A stretch of 56,281 bases of DNA from a virus (IMGVR_UViG_3300042892_000077:1-56281); one strand, 5' to 3'. Counted from the first letter of the stretch, positions 20,848-30,742 are shown. Notes: generated from the letters alone by a model not told the origin. Made by a program: numbers and translations.

Positions 20848-20867
20848 CAGGGGGATTGCTCCCCCTG
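20848..20867 (-). promoter_or_regulatory. GNRA-capped hairpin upstream of the primase RBS
   Basis: CAGGGGGA-GCAA-TCCCCCTG perfect 8-bp stem. Confidence 0.5.
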
Positions 20868-20872
20868 CTACC

Positions 20873-21160
20873 TCATTTATCTAAATCAAGTACGGCTACG
20901 AGCCGCTCCTTGCGCTGCTTCTGGTCTGCGGCAATCACCTCTGGTGGAGGCCACTGGTGGTTCTTGATGACCGTCAGCAAGCGCCGCAACATTGTCCGTA
21001 CTGCCTCGTCGTTGGATTTGCGAAGGGGTTTGCCCTTCACCCAGCCATAATAAGTCATTCGGGACACTCCTAGCAACTCGGACATATCCTGAGTCGTGAG
21101 GAGCATGTGCTTGCGGAGCGCCTCGACCTTGGAAAATTCCAGTGTCGGTTTAGGCGTCAT
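20873..21160 (-). CDS. XRE/Cro-like HTH DNA-binding protein
   Basis: LRKHMLLTTQDMSELLGVSRMTYYGWVKG. Confidence 0.8.
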   Translation of the reverse strand: MTPKPTLEFSKVEALRKHMLLTTQDMSELLGVSRMTYYGWVKGKPLRKSNDEAVRTMLRRLLTVIKNHQWPPPEVIAADQKQRKERLVAVLDLDK

Positions 21161-22148
21161 CTGCGGCCACCTCTCCGACCAGTGCAGCGATCTCGTCAGC
21201 CAGTGACAGCGACGACTGCGCGTCTGCTACCTGTACAGGAGCAGCCTTGGCTTGCACAGGCTTGGCAGCAGGGGTTGCTGGGGCCGGTGTTGCCTTGGCG
21301 GGAGCGCCGAAACCACGCTTTGGAGCAGCAGCCGGTGCGGGTGCAGGGGCAGGTGCAGGTTCCTCAACGGGAGCCACTGCTTTGACAGCGGGTTTCGGCA
21401 CAACTGGTGCAGCAGCACGTGCAATCTGGGGCACGGCCACGGCTTTTGAATTCTCACCAGTGATCTCACGCACGGCTGGTGTACCGAACAGTGTATCAAC
21501 AACTTCCTGAGTCTCAGGCTCAAGGAATCCGTGGAAGGAAAACTTCAGCTTGGGGAACGAAGCATCAGTGTCAAACGACACACGGGTCTTGATAATCTCT
21601 GGCGGGATACCACGGACGGACAACTCTTTCTGGTACTGGTTCAATCCCTTGAGTGCAGCCGGAGTAACGGACAGCAGGTAGATCGGGCCAGTCGGGTCAT
21701 CGGCAGAGACCACAGCCAGACGCTTGGTATCAGCACAGGCTTTGATCTGCTGACCATTGTCAGTCACTTTGGAACCCCATGCGTTTTGTGGGCAGCTTGC
21801 GCACAGGTCGTTCTGCGGGTCGGTAGCTGATGCGTCAGGGGACACACCGTCCAACGACTGGCAATCAGGGGCTTGTGGCTCGGCGTCTTTCGTCCATGCC
21901 TTGGCGTACCATGACTTGGACAGGCGGGGGTTCGCACCAACAACTACCACGTCGAGGGTCGTGGATTCCAGCACAGTCTCGGTGTCACCCTCGACGATGC
22001 GAAAGCGTGAACCCTTGATACTGATGCGTGGGAACGACTCACTTGTGGACAGGCCACCAGTCATGGACTGGGACAGCGCAGATGGAACACCAACACGGGA
22101 TGCGAGGTGGGCGGGGACGGTAAGATTCACGAGGGCGATGTTGCTCAT
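21150..22148 (-). CDS. Putative ssDNA-binding/annealing protein
   Basis: PDCQSLDG..P, CASCPQNAWGS, KAC motifs; Ala/Pro linker and acidic tail; replication context. Confidence 0.55.
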   Translation of the reverse strand: MSNIALVNLTVPAHLASRVGVPSALSQSMTGGLSTSESFPRISIKGSRFRIVEGDTETVLESTTLDVVVVGANPRLSKSWYAKAWTKDAEPQAPDCQSLDGVSPDASATDPQNDLCASCPQNAWGSKVTDNGQQIKACADTKRLAVVSADDPTGPIYLLSVTPAALKGLNQYQKELSVRGIPPEIIKTRVSFDTDASFPKLKFSFHGFLEPETQEVVDTLFGTPAVREITGENSKAVAVPQIARAAAPVVPKPAVKAVAPVEEPAPAPAPAPAAAPKRGFGAPAKATPAPATPAAKPVQAKAAPVQVADAQSSLSLADEIAALVGEVAADDA

Positions 22149-22561
22149 TTTGAGACTCCTTGGTTGACGAAAAATTGTGATGTGTTGCGACCGCTGACTA
22201 CGGTATGACCTGTGCCACCTTTACCGATAGCGGTGGTGTACTGGCCGGAGATGGAACCTCCCCATGCTGGCTCAATGCCCAGCTTCTCTTTGGCAGCAGC
22301 GACCACGATGTGATCAGCGATTGCTTGGCGATCAGCGCAGTAAGTGAACCCACCCATACGCTCACCGTGGAGGATGGATTCTTGGTTCATAGTACGCACG
22401 AGGTAACCGTTGTCGATCTTGAACGCCACCAGTGCAGCGCCGCTGCTACCCAGCATGTCTTGTATCTTGTTGGCGCGACCCGCCTCGATGACGTACTCAC
22501 GTGCTGCCACGTCATCATGCAATATATTCCGCAGTGTTTTGCGGAGCCAGTTTTTAATCAT
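22145..22561 (-). CDS. Hypothetical protein
   Basis: 138-aa ORF tightly packed in operon. Confidence 0.6.
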   Translation of the reverse strand: MIKNWLRKTLRNILHDDVAAREYVIEAGRANKIQDMLGSSGAALVAFKIDNGYLVRTMNQESILHGERMGGFTYCADRQAIADHIVVAAAKEKLGIEPAWGGSISGQYTTAIGKGGTGHTVVSGRNTSQFFVNQGVSK

Positions 22562-22564
22562 GGT

Positions 22565-23017
22565 CTAGTCCTCAGCTTTGACTGTTGGTTTGCGGACACT
22601 AACGCTCAACTTAGTGCCGTATGTAATACCGGGCGGGACGGCCTTGGTCAGGTCGATGTATCCACGCACGGCTGTTTTGCTCACACGCTTTTCCAGCATG
22701 TCGAACGCATCGTTCTCACGGATGAACGTCAGCACTGCATCCCAGTCGGCCACGTTCGCAAAGTCGGTGGTTGTCAGGAACGCTGTACCGTGCGCTGTCT
22801 TGAAGCTGGACACTCCAAGCTGGTCGGCCTGAGCTTTAATCCACGCTTCGAGCTTGGTCATCTTGGCCTCAATCGTGGACACCTTGTCTTTGATCTCTGC
22901 TTCGATGGCTTCCTTCTGCCTACGTAGCTTCATGTACGTGCCGATCACATCGTCCACGTTAGGTACGTCCATCCTTGCTCTGGCGTGGGACGCGATCTCC
23001 TCTGCATATTCACTCAT
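22565..23017 (-). CDS. Hypothetical coiled-coil protein (replication module)
   Basis: GAGGTG RBS; DWDAV..FI and LEKRVSKTAV..Y....VPPG motifs. Confidence 0.65.
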   Translation of the reverse strand: MSEYAEEIASHARARMDVPNVDDVIGTYMKLRRQKEAIEAEIKDKVSTIEAKMTKLEAWIKAQADQLGVSSFKTAHGTAFLTTTDFANVADWDAVLTFIRENDAFDMLEKRVSKTAVRGYIDLTKAVPPGITYGTKLSVSVRKPTVKAED

Positions 23018-23021
23018 GTCA

Positions 23022-24590
23022 TCACCTCTTATTTGTAAGTTCACTAATCATGTCCAGCAGCAAGCCTTGCAGCTTCTGCTTTGTACGCAGCCGCTCGTAC
23101 ATCTTGTGCTCAAGGTCTGTCGCCTCGATGTGGATGACGTTGGACACGTTGCGTTTGCCGATGCGCTCGATACGACCATTGGCTTGCACGTAGACTTCGT
23201 TGCTGTTGATCGGCCCGTACCAGATAATCGTTGAGGCTGAGGTCAGTGTCAGACCGTGTGCCATCGTGCCGGGGTGGGCGATCAATACATGTGGGTCACG
23301 CTCGTGCTGGAACCCTTGGAATATCCTGTTGCGCTCTGACGCAGACACCGCACCGTTGACAACGCCAACAGACCAGTGCTTGCTCAGTTCTTTCTCCAAC
23401 ATGTGGAGTGTCCCTGTCAGTGGGACGAACAGAATTACTTTCTCTCCTGCTTCTTCGATGATCTCCTTGACCAAGTTAATCCGTGGGGAACAGTCGATCA
23501 GGATGTTCTGACCGTCATCGCCATACGCCACGCCGCAAGCGATCTGCACTAACTTCTGAACCTTGACTGCCTCGTTGACTGCCGTGATGGTTCCACCGGA
23601 CACGCGCTCCTGTGTCATCTCGGTCACGAAATGTTTGAGCATCTGCTCGTAGTGCTTCTTCTGCTCTGGGGTCAGGGCCACCTGCCTTGTCTGCACGATG
23701 GTCTCTGGCAAGTCAAAGCACTCGTCCCGTGTGTACCGCACCGATGGCTGGAGGATGTGCTTGACAATCTCCGTTGACTCCGGACGTGGCACGAACTTCC
23801 ACTGGCCTATCTTCATCATCACCTGTTCACGGAACGCGGTATACGTCTTGGTGCAGAACGGGCTGTTGATCAGCTTGGACAAAGCCCATGCGTCTGTCGG
23901 GTCGTTAGGCGTAGGTGTTCCGGTCATCAACCACAAACGTGCTGATGGGTTATTGTCTGCCCACTTGCGAAATATCTTGAACCGTTGCGTCGATGGGTTG
24001 CGCAGCACTGCTGCCTCGTCCACGATGATCAGGTCGAACATGCCGTGGCACTGCTCCTTGATGATGGGGAACCCGTCATGGTTGACGATATAAAACTGTA
24101 CGTCATGCTTGAGTAACTTCAGCCGCTTCTCTGCCGTGCCGTGCATCACCACGAACTTGTGGTGTGGAAAGCCAGTGAACAAGGCGTCACCCCAGACCCG
24201 CTCCAGTGTGGACAGCGGCGACAGTATCAGGACACGCTTGATCTTCTTGGTCTTGAGCAAGTAGTCCGCTGCCCACAGTGCGCTCTGGGTCTTGCCAGTA
24301 CCGATCTCGTTGAGTACCAGTGCCCGATGCTGCAAGGTCAGGAACGCTGCCGTCTGCTTCTGGTGGTCGTAAGGTACGTACTGGCCCGGCCACGGGTAGT
24401 AGTGCAGGATAGGGGATGGGGCTTCGATGCCCAGATTGCGCAGCACCTTGACTTCATCAAGCTGATGTGGCGTGATGACCAGTGTCACCCCCTGCACTTC
24501 AATTGTCTTGGCCGTGGGGATGCTGTCGAGTACCCTGTTGGGGTTGTTCAACTTCAGCGCAATCGCCCTTGACTTCTCAACTACCAGCAT
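23022..24590 (-). CDS. SNF2-family (SF2) helicase
   Basis: EIGTGKT, IIVDEA, LMTGTP, HGLTLT, QANGRIERIG motifs. Confidence 0.9.
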   Translation of the reverse strand: MLVVEKSRAIALKLNNPNRVLDSIPTAKTIEVQGVTLVITPHQLDEVKVLRNLGIEAPSPILHYYPWPGQYVPYDHQKQTAAFLTLQHRALVLNEIGTGKTQSALWAADYLLKTKKIKRVLILSPLSTLERVWGDALFTGFPHHKFVVMHGTAEKRLKLLKHDVQFYIVNHDGFPIIKEQCHGMFDLIIVDEAAVLRNPSTQRFKIFRKWADNNPSARLWLMTGTPTPNDPTDAWALSKLINSPFCTKTYTAFREQVMMKIGQWKFVPRPESTEIVKHILQPSVRYTRDECFDLPETIVQTRQVALTPEQKKHYEQMLKHFVTEMTQERVSGGTITAVNEAVKVQKLVQIACGVAYGDDGQNILIDCSPRINLVKEIIEEAGEKVILFVPLTGTLHMLEKELSKHWSVGVVNGAVSASERNRIFQGFQHERDPHVLIAHPGTMAHGLTLTSASTIIWYGPINSNEVYVQANGRIERIGKRNVSNVIHIEATDLEHKMYERLRTKQKLQGLLLDMISELTNKR

Positions 24591-24594
24591 GTCG

Positions 24595-24894
24595 TTACCT
24601 TCTGTTCTCGATGATCGCCTCAAGCGCCATCAATGTAATGTCGTCAGATACCACCACCCACGTACCACCGGCTTCCTTGATCTCCCGACCACAGATTTTC
24701 TGTAGCTCGGTCGGCTTGCCAGTGGCAGACTTGACCTCAATCCCAACAAACTCCCCGCTCACGATGGCAATGATGTCTGGTATCCCTGACTTGCCGAACC
24801 CGTTGTTCGCTGGGAAAAAGTACCAGATGTTCATCGCCTTGAGTAGCTTCACTACCTTGGCTTTAACCTTACCCTCGGGGGTCAATGCACTCAT
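24595..24894 (-). CDS. VRR-NUC domain nuclease (resolvase-like)
   Basis: PEGKVK, GIPDII, IEVKS...PTELQ motifs. Confidence 0.88.
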   Translation of the reverse strand: MSALTPEGKVKAKVVKLLKAMNIWYFFPANNGFGKSGIPDIIAIVSGEFVGIEVKSATGKPTELQKICGREIKEAGGTWVVVSDDITLMALEAIIENRR

Positions 24895-24936
24895 TGTATC
24901 ACCTACCTTTACGCTTGTGTCAAGTATTTAATTAGG

Positions 24937-25593
24937 TTAAACCCTAGCAAAGTCACAGTCATGTCGGGCTGGACAGAACCGGCACAGCCCGCTGGGTTTC
25001 GCGGGCCAGTTGTCATGCTCCAGTGAGGTGTGGATACGCTGGATGCGCTTCATAATCTCGGCCCACACAGTGTTGACATCCTCTCGGTTGTACACCTCGG
25101 TGTCCATCTCCATCGTCTTGAGCCAGACCAGACTGGTCTTCACCCGCTGCACCTGCGGGTAGTGCTTGAACACCTGTGCCGCAAAGATTTGCATCTGGAA
25201 AAAGTCCACTTTGCGCTTGCCCGTCTTCCAATCCATGACCACTGCATCGTTGCCTGTGATTACAAGCACGTCAAGTTTACTTCGCAGCCATGCGTCCGCA
25301 TCCCACCAACCTGTTGGTGTAAGGTTGTCGTTGAGAACCAACTCCTTCTCGATGTGCAACTCACCGTTGCTGGCGATGCGCTCGACCGATTTGCACAGCG
25401 GCTCGTAGTTGATGATCTCCTGCGGTAGGTCTGTGCCCTTGAGCCGGTTCTCAAGGAACGCATGTACCCGTTCGCCGTGCTTGCTGGCTTCGCCCCCGCC
25501 GTCCACCACGTCTTTAAGGATTCGTTGGCGGTAGTACCGCAACGGGCAGTTCTCGTACAAGGTGATGGACGAGTAGGAATGAGCAAGGCGCAT
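24937..25593 (-). CDS. PD-(D/E)XK Cas4-like exonuclease
   Basis: SYSS...CP, KLDV, DWKTGK, Q, C-terminal CRFCP...C (Fe-S-type cysteines). Confidence 0.85.
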   Translation of the reverse strand: MRLAHSYSSITLYENCPLRYYRQRILKDVVDGGGEASKHGERVHAFLENRLKGTDLPQEIINYEPLCKSVERIASNGELHIEKELVLNDNLTPTGWWDADAWLRSKLDVLVITGNDAVVMDWKTGKRKVDFFQMQIFAAQVFKHYPQVQRVKTSLVWLKTMEMDTEVYNREDVNTVWAEIMKRIQRIHTSLEHDNWPAKPSGLCRFCPARHDCDFARV

Positions 25594-25653
25594 AGGTCAT
25601 AGCCACAGGGGGTATCCCTGCGGTGTACTGTTAATTGGAAAAGCCAGTGTACA

Positions 25654-25884
25654 TCACGCCGACATGCGTTGCAAGGCGTCGTACTTGGCAAGCTCCAGCG
25701 TGGCAACAAGTTGCATCAAGTCAGTGATGCCGGACGAGAAACGATGGTAGTCCCCGTCGATCTTCACCAGCATGAACACCTCGCTTGCGTTGCCCGACTC
25801 GATGACTTGCTCAGTGACAGCAGCCAACAACTTCAGCACCTCGTGGTTGCGTGGTTCCCGCTTGATCTCTTTGATGTTGCTCAT
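25654..25884 (-). CDS. Hypothetical protein
   Basis: ORF with ATGA coupling. Confidence 0.55.
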   Translation of the reverse strand: MSNIKEIKREPRNHEVLKLLAAVTEQVIESGNASEVFMLVKIDGDYHRFSSGITDLMQLVATLELAKYDALQRMSA

Positions 25885-26249
25885 TTGTTTTCTTTCGGTG
25901 GCGTGCATGTGTGAATCGTGGTCAGGTCAGCAGTGCGCTTGCCGCAGCGTTGGCAGAAGTTGCGCTCCTGTATGGGCAGCTTTTTCCATCTGTCATCGCC
26001 AGCCTCCATAACGTATGCGAAGTCAAGCGGCTCCTGCTCTGGCTGTGCCGTCAATTCTTCAATGCGTTTTTCCAGCCATTTGATTGTTGATTCGTGGTAC
26101 TGGATGATGATTGCGTCTGCATCATCATGTGCCAAGGCTTCAGCCACCATTGCCTCACGCTCATCAGCACGGACAAGCTCAGCGAAATGTTCAATGTCCC
26201 CGTGCAGCGTCAGGCCGTTGACCTCGATCAGTTTAAATACATCAGTCAT
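25881..26249 (-). CDS. Hypothetical mosaic phage protein with C-terminal Cys/His motif
   Basis: FAELVRADERE, AQPEQEP, RNFCQRCGKR...IHTCTPP short phage modules. Confidence 0.55.
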   Translation of the reverse strand: MTDVFKLIEVNGLTLHGDIEHFAELVRADEREAMVAEALAHDDADAIIIQYHESTIKWLEKRIEELTAQPEQEPLDFAYVMEAGDDRWKKLPIQERNFCQRCGKRTADLTTIHTCTPPKENK

Positions 26250-26440
26250 ATGTTCCCCTTCGGTGTATCGAACCGTATAAAAAAGCATCGCCATCCTCTG
26301 AAGATGTGCAGCCCGTTGAACTCCACGTCACCCGCAGTGGCCTTGCGCTGGGCCAGTGCTGCGTTGTAGCGCAGGAACCTCGTGCCGTTTACATCGAACA
26401 GGATGTACCCACGTAGCCATGCTTCCAGTGTCTTGTTCAT
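26246..26440 (-). CDS. Hypothetical protein
   Basis: ATGA coupling at both ends. Confidence 0.5.
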   Translation of the reverse strand: MNKTLEAWLRGYILFDVNGTRFLRYNAALAQRKATAGDVEFNGLHIFRGWRCFFIRFDTPKGNI

Positions 26441-26685
26441 TTGCTTTCCCCCTTGCGTACTGGGCTGTAGATCGTGAACGTCTTGGGCTTGAGTGCGATC
26501 AACTCCGCTGTCTTCTTGGTCATGCCGACAGTGCCGTAGTGTGGGTTGTCCACCTGCTCTCGCTCGATGGCCTTGGTCGATGCAATGCTGCGCTTGCGGG
26601 ACGTTTCGTTCTCGTTGCGTGTCTCACCCCGCTTGGCTCTTTCCTCGTCGGTGTACTGCCGCCAGTTGAATGCGTTGACCATCAT
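26437..26685 (-). CDS. Hypothetical protein
   Basis: ATGA coupling to pol stop. Confidence 0.55.
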   Translation of the reverse strand: MMVNAFNWRQYTDEERAKRGETRNENETSRKRSIASTKAIEREQVDNPHYGTVGMTKKTAELIALKPKTFTIYSPVRKGESK

Positions 26686-28565
26686 GTATCTCCGTAGTTG
26701 CTTGCCATGCCGGACTCACAGGCCACTGGCAGGGTCGGTGCCCAGACTGGTGGCGTAGACATCACACTCTCAAGAAGTTGCTGTGTCTGTGCGGCTGTGT
26801 CGCTCGCCGCTACGGTGACGATCTCGTCATGCACTTGGAACGTAGTGAGGATGCCGTGCTTACGGGCAGCAGCCATCTGTTCACGGATAACCAAAGCAGC
26901 GAGTGCTTGCACCACGTTCTCTGTCATCTTGCCGCCGTAGATTTTGGTGCGGTTGATCTCGGCCTCAGTACCCGCAGTCACCCGTGCTGTCACTGCCTTG
27001 CGATACGACCGCACATCGGCGATGTAGTCGAACCCGTTGGCCGTCTGCCGCAGCCCGTGGTATTGAATCTTCAACGTGTTGGGCAGTGTTACGCCGGTGT
27101 TGTCGTAGGTCACCTGCTCGTTCAACATACCGCTGCGCCCTTGCACCATGCCTGACAATGCGTGGCCACACGCTGACCACAACCCGACGATGCGGAAGTT
27201 CTTCTGCCGGTACAGACGCACAATCCTCTCGGCCTCGTTGAGGTCGATGATCACGTTCATACCACCCTGTCCGATCTCCAGTGTGCGCCGGAACTTCTCA
27301 GCACCCATGCCGTAGCCTAGTCCCAAGATGCAGGTCTTGCCGACGAAGCGTTCCACCTTGTCAGCCTTGGTAATGGTACGGCCATACACCTCGCTGGCAA
27401 ACTCAGAGTACACATCCCTGTTCTGCCTGAAGGCTTCAAGTAAGTCCTCCTGCTTGGCTAACCACGCCACTACACGGGCCTCAATCTGTGACGAGTCACA
27501 TGCAATGATCATGTGCCCCTCTGGTGCTTTGAGTGCCCTGCGTATGGTGTTGTTGCCACGTGCTGGCAGGTTCTGTAGGTTGAGCTTGTCACCCCCACTG
27601 AAGCGGCCTGTGTGTGCGCCGTAGTAGTTGAGCATGATGGGCAGCGCACCCCGTCCAGCCACCCCGATCAGTGCCTCGGTACGTGTCTGCTCGATGGTCG
27701 ATTTAACTCCCAGCCTTGCTGTCACCACTGCCTGTACACGGTCGTCCGGATGGTCGAGTAGGTCAGTCATACCCTTGTCTGTCTTGGCGAATGCCCACGC
27801 TTGCTTGCCTGTCTTGAGACTGGTCTTCACAGGCGGCTCGACACCCAGCTTCTTGAGGTACTGTGCGAAGATGTCGTTGCTCATCAGCATCTTGGTCAGT
27901 GCTTCACCGGATGCACCTGTCTCATCCAGACTGGAGATCAGCGCAGCCTTGCGTTCGTTTACTTCCACAAGATGTTGCTGCAAGAGTGGCACGTCAAGCT
28001 GGATCACGGGTTCGGTATACATGCGCAGTGTCTGGTCGATCACCAGCAACTCACTGGCAGGGAAGCCTTGCTTGAGTTTGTCGAACAGTTTGCGGGTAAT
28101 CTCCACATCGTTGATGCAGTACTCAGCGTACCGTGCCATCTCATCCGGCGAGAAGTCCTCACGGCGTTTGCCCAGTGCATTGACTACCTCTGTACCCTTG
28201 ACGCCCAGTCCGTAGTACGCAGTCAGCGCAGCCAGTGAACCACCCACAGATACGCTGTGCATTGGTCGAGCCATCGACAGTGTGTCCAGCCACAGCCTCG
28301 GCCTGATACCGAAGTGCCACGACAGGATAGCCCCGTCGAATGCAGTGTGATGGCACAGGATGGCCTTGTTGCTGTAGTCCAGCGAGTTTAGGAACGAGCC
28401 GGGGTTCTCCCCCGTGTACCAGTCTGTTGGGTGGTTGTTGACCTTGACCCCCACACCGATGACTTGGAACTGAGGGCTGCGTATGTACGATTCAGTAGTC
28501 ATCTTGGACAGACTGAACACTGGGTCGTAGTAGGTCTCGAAGTCGATGGTCACAATGTCCATCAC
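26682..28565 (-). CDS. polA: DNA polymerase family A with 3'-5' exonuclease
   Basis: ExoI DFETY, ExoIII YCINDV; TGRFS, NLQNLP; motif A DSSQIEAR, motif B KTCILGLGYG, motif C VHDE. Confidence 0.95.
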   Translation of the reverse strand: MMDIVTIDFETYYDPVFSLSKMTTESYIRSPQFQVIGVGVKVNNHPTDWYTGENPGSFLNSLDYSNKAILCHHTAFDGAILSWHFGIRPRLWLDTLSMARPMHSVSVGGSLAALTAYYGLGVKGTEVVNALGKRREDFSPDEMARYAEYCINDVEITRKLFDKLKQGFPASELLVIDQTLRMYTEPVIQLDVPLLQQHLVEVNERKAALISSLDETGASGEALTKMLMSNDIFAQYLKKLGVEPPVKTSLKTGKQAWAFAKTDKGMTDLLDHPDDRVQAVVTARLGVKSTIEQTRTEALIGVAGRGALPIMLNYYGAHTGRFSGGDKLNLQNLPARGNNTIRRALKAPEGHMIIACDSSQIEARVVAWLAKQEDLLEAFRQNRDVYSEFASEVYGRTITKADKVERFVGKTCILGLGYGMGAEKFRRTLEIGQGGMNVIIDLNEAERIVRLYRQKNFRIVGLWSACGHALSGMVQGRSGMLNEQVTYDNTGVTLPNTLKIQYHGLRQTANGFDYIADVRSYRKAVTARVTAGTEAEINRTKIYGGKMTENVVQALAALVIREQMAAARKHGILTTFQVHDEIVTVAASDTAAQTQQLLESVMSTPPVWAPTLPVACESGMASNYGDT

Positions 28566-28807
28566 TCAAGCTCCTCAAGTATCTCAAGAAGTTTCTGCAT
28601 GTAGTGCTTCCCCTTGGCGATCTCCACAGCGGACTCATCCTTGCTACCCATGCGCATCAGATACTTGAGCGCACCTCCACGGTAGTAACCAATGCGTTGC
28701 TCGATGGGCCATGTGTCCACCACATCCCACGGCTGCACGTCCATCTCCTTGTAGTGCGAACCGCCCACCTGCCGGTCGTTGGCACGTGTCGTGTCTAAGT
28801 CTGTCAT
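28562..28807 (-). CDS. DUF3310 (SaV-like) protein
   Basis: QVGGSHY...QPWD...KYLMRMGSK...KGKHY. Confidence 0.8.
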   Translation of the reverse strand: MTDLDTTRANDRQVGGSHYKEMDVQPWDVVDTWPIEQRIGYYRGGALKYLMRMGSKDESAVEIAKGKHYMQKLLEILEELE

Positions 28808-28808
28808 C

Positions 28809-29303
28809 TCATGCTCCTGTTAAAGTTAATCTGGGTAGCTTGGTAGCACCCTTGTTGCGTATCTTGTTGGTGGCGTAGGTCAGCGCCCTGTCCATATCGC
28901 CAAGCGTAATCACATCCATCTGTGCATCATGCAACTCCATCATCATGTTCAAGGCGTTGATCTCCGGCCCTGTCGGGACGAACCGATGAATCTCAACAGC
29001 CCTGTACACGATGCGCAGCACTGCCTCACGTCCATCAACAGCGTGTGCTGCGTACTCTTTCCCAAAGCCGATGGCACACAGCGCCTCCACGATGTTGCTC
29101 ATGCTCACCAGCTTGTCGATGTCGTCCTTCACAGCAGCACCCTTGAGTAGTGCTGCCATAGCCTGACTGTTCTTGATCTTGAGGTCGATCAGGTACGAGT
29201 CATGCTTGGCTACAGGGGATATGTTCTCGATGACGTAGCCAAGCGGGTTAACAAACCTCGCTCGTGGTCTGTACTTCTTGGTTGGTTTTTTGTTCTTCGC
29301 CAT
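28809..29303 (-). CDS. Hypothetical protein
   Basis: GGAG RBS; basic N-terminus KKYRPR. Confidence 0.6.
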   Translation of the reverse strand: MAKNKKPTKKYRPRARFVNPLGYVIENISPVAKHDSYLIDLKIKNSQAMAALLKGAAVKDDIDKLVSMSNIVEALCAIGFGKEYAAHAVDGREAVLRIVYRAVEIHRFVPTGPEINALNMMMELHDAQMDVITLGDMDRALTYATNKIRNKGATKLPRLTLTGA

Positions 29304-30114
29304 ACTGATCTCCGAATACACCAAATCTTTTACGTAGCTCAATGCTCAACTTGTTGCACACAGCATCAACAGTGTCAACGACATGCGCCTTGGTTGGCCG
29401 CTCACCACGCCACCAGTTAACGTGTGATGATTTCACAAAGCCATCGAGTAGCACATCAGTGTATTCCCCATCGCGGATACACCTGTACAGGTAGTCAACC
29501 CACTTGGGGTTTACCCAGTCAGGCTTGTTCAGCATGAACGCACTACGCCCTCCGCGTTTTATCTCATCGTGCGACCTCTCACACAGCGTGTCCAGCACAC
29601 CGAGCTTGGCTCTGACTGCGATACCCCGCTTGAACTTACGCAGTGCCCGTAGCCACTGAAGATTGCGCTCACTGTCCGTTGAGTCAGTGAGTCTGGGTCT
29701 AGCGTTGATGCAGCAACCACGGGTCAGGTCGAACGCAACACCAGCGAACAACTCCTGCCCTGTCTTGTCCCATCGCTCCTTCACGTAGTACTGATACCGC
29801 AGTTGTCCTGACGGGTCATCGCGGTGGTACAAAAGCTCGAACGTGGACGTACCCTTACTGCGCCACAGGATGGGCAACACCCTGCTCAGGGAGCTACTCA
29901 TAGTGCGGGAGATGGTAGCCCCCTGCAACGGCGAGATGAGAAACGTCAGTACGTTGTCAGATGTCAGTGATGCGAACGTAACGTGGTCGTACATGAAGTA
30001 GAACGTGTCATCCTTCTTGATCATGGTTGCCCATGACCTCAGCTTCTTGAGCGTAGACTTACGCATGAAGCGCACTGCCGATGCGTAGTCGGTGATGAGT
30101 GGGCTGTAGTCCAC
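29248..30114 (-). CDS. Hypothetical protein
   Basis: Long ORF; probable GTG start just after the upstream stop. Confidence 0.55.
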   Translation of the reverse strand: MDYSPLITDYASAVRFMRKSTLKKLRSWATMIKKDDTFYFMYDHVTFASLTSDNVLTFLISPLQGATISRTMSSSLSRVLPILWRSKGTSTFELLYHRDDPSGQLRYQYYVKERWDKTGQELFAGVAFDLTRGCCINARPRLTDSTDSERNLQWLRALRKFKRGIAVRAKLGVLDTLCERSHDEIKRGGRSAFMLNKPDWVNPKWVDYLYRCIRDGEYTDVLLDGFVKSSHVNWWRGERPTKAHVVDTVDAVCNKLSIELRKRFGVFGDQYGEEQKTNQEVQTTSEVC

Positions 30115-30115
30115 G

Positions 30116-30742
30116 TCAGAACCCCATCTTGTTGGCTGCTGCCATCGCAGTGATACGGTCAAGGTCGATGGTAAGCACGGGTGCTACCTTTTCTCTGGAT
30201 ACAATGAGTCGGTGTGTATCCTTGACGTTATCAGGTATCAAGTCCCACAGTGGAGGCCATGCCTTGAGTGCCGGTGCAAGGGTAGAGTAGGTCGTGATGA
30301 CAGTCTTCACTGCGGATACGAACTCGTCACGCCTTGCCTCTGCTGCCTTGATACGCTCGTTGTACGCCACCAGTTGGGCATGGTAGTCATCCCACATTGA
30401 GGGATGGTTGAGGACAATCTCGTCACCATAGGAGCCGTTGTACTGCGCACCGTACGACGAATCGAATGACACGGGGAACGGCATCAGCTTACTCAACATG
30501 AAGGTGAAGTTGCAACGCAGTCCATTGACCTTGGCGACAATTATCTTGTCACGCATCTTGAAGAACTGCACAGGAAGTTTCTGCATGTCGGCCAGATGGG
30601 GGCCGAGGGTTTGTGCATAGATGTAGTCACCCCACCCTGTAGGCTCACTGTTCTTGGCTGCTTCGATCTTGTCTACAAACTTCTTGGACGCTATGTTGAG
30701 AATCTGCGTCTTCAGCGCATCGCTAAATCGTACTGTTGCCAT
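30116..30742 (-). CDS. Nmad5-like (nucleotide-modification-associated domain 5) protein
   Basis: N-terminal VRFSDALKTQI and C-terminal STLAPALKAWPPL resemble the Nmad5 T-L-x-x-L-x-x-x-WP signature. Confidence 0.55.
   Translation of the reverse strand: MATVRFSDALKTQILNIASKKFVDKIEAAKNSEPTGWGDYIYAQTLGPHLADMQKLPVQFFKMRDKIIVAKVNGLRCNFTFMLSKLMPFPVSFDSSYGAQYNGSYGDEIVLNHPSMWDDYHAQLVAYNERIKAAEARRDEFVSAVKTVITTYSTLAPALKAWPPLWDLIPDNVKDTHRLIVSREKVAPVLTIDLDRITAMAAANKMGF

Noticed and set aside
24890-24923. Internal sigma70 promoter on the minus strand
   Set aside because: TTGACA is present, but the best -10 (TACAAT) has a 19-nt spacer and overlaps the start codon.
24937-25593. CRISPR-Cas system
   Set aside because: A lone Cas4-like nuclease in a replication module; no array or other cas genes.
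28562-30742. DNA hypermodification pathway suggested by DUF3310 and Nmad5-like genes
   Set aside because: No thymidylate synthase, glycosyltransferase, PurZ, 7-deazaguanine or methyltransferase gene was recognised.
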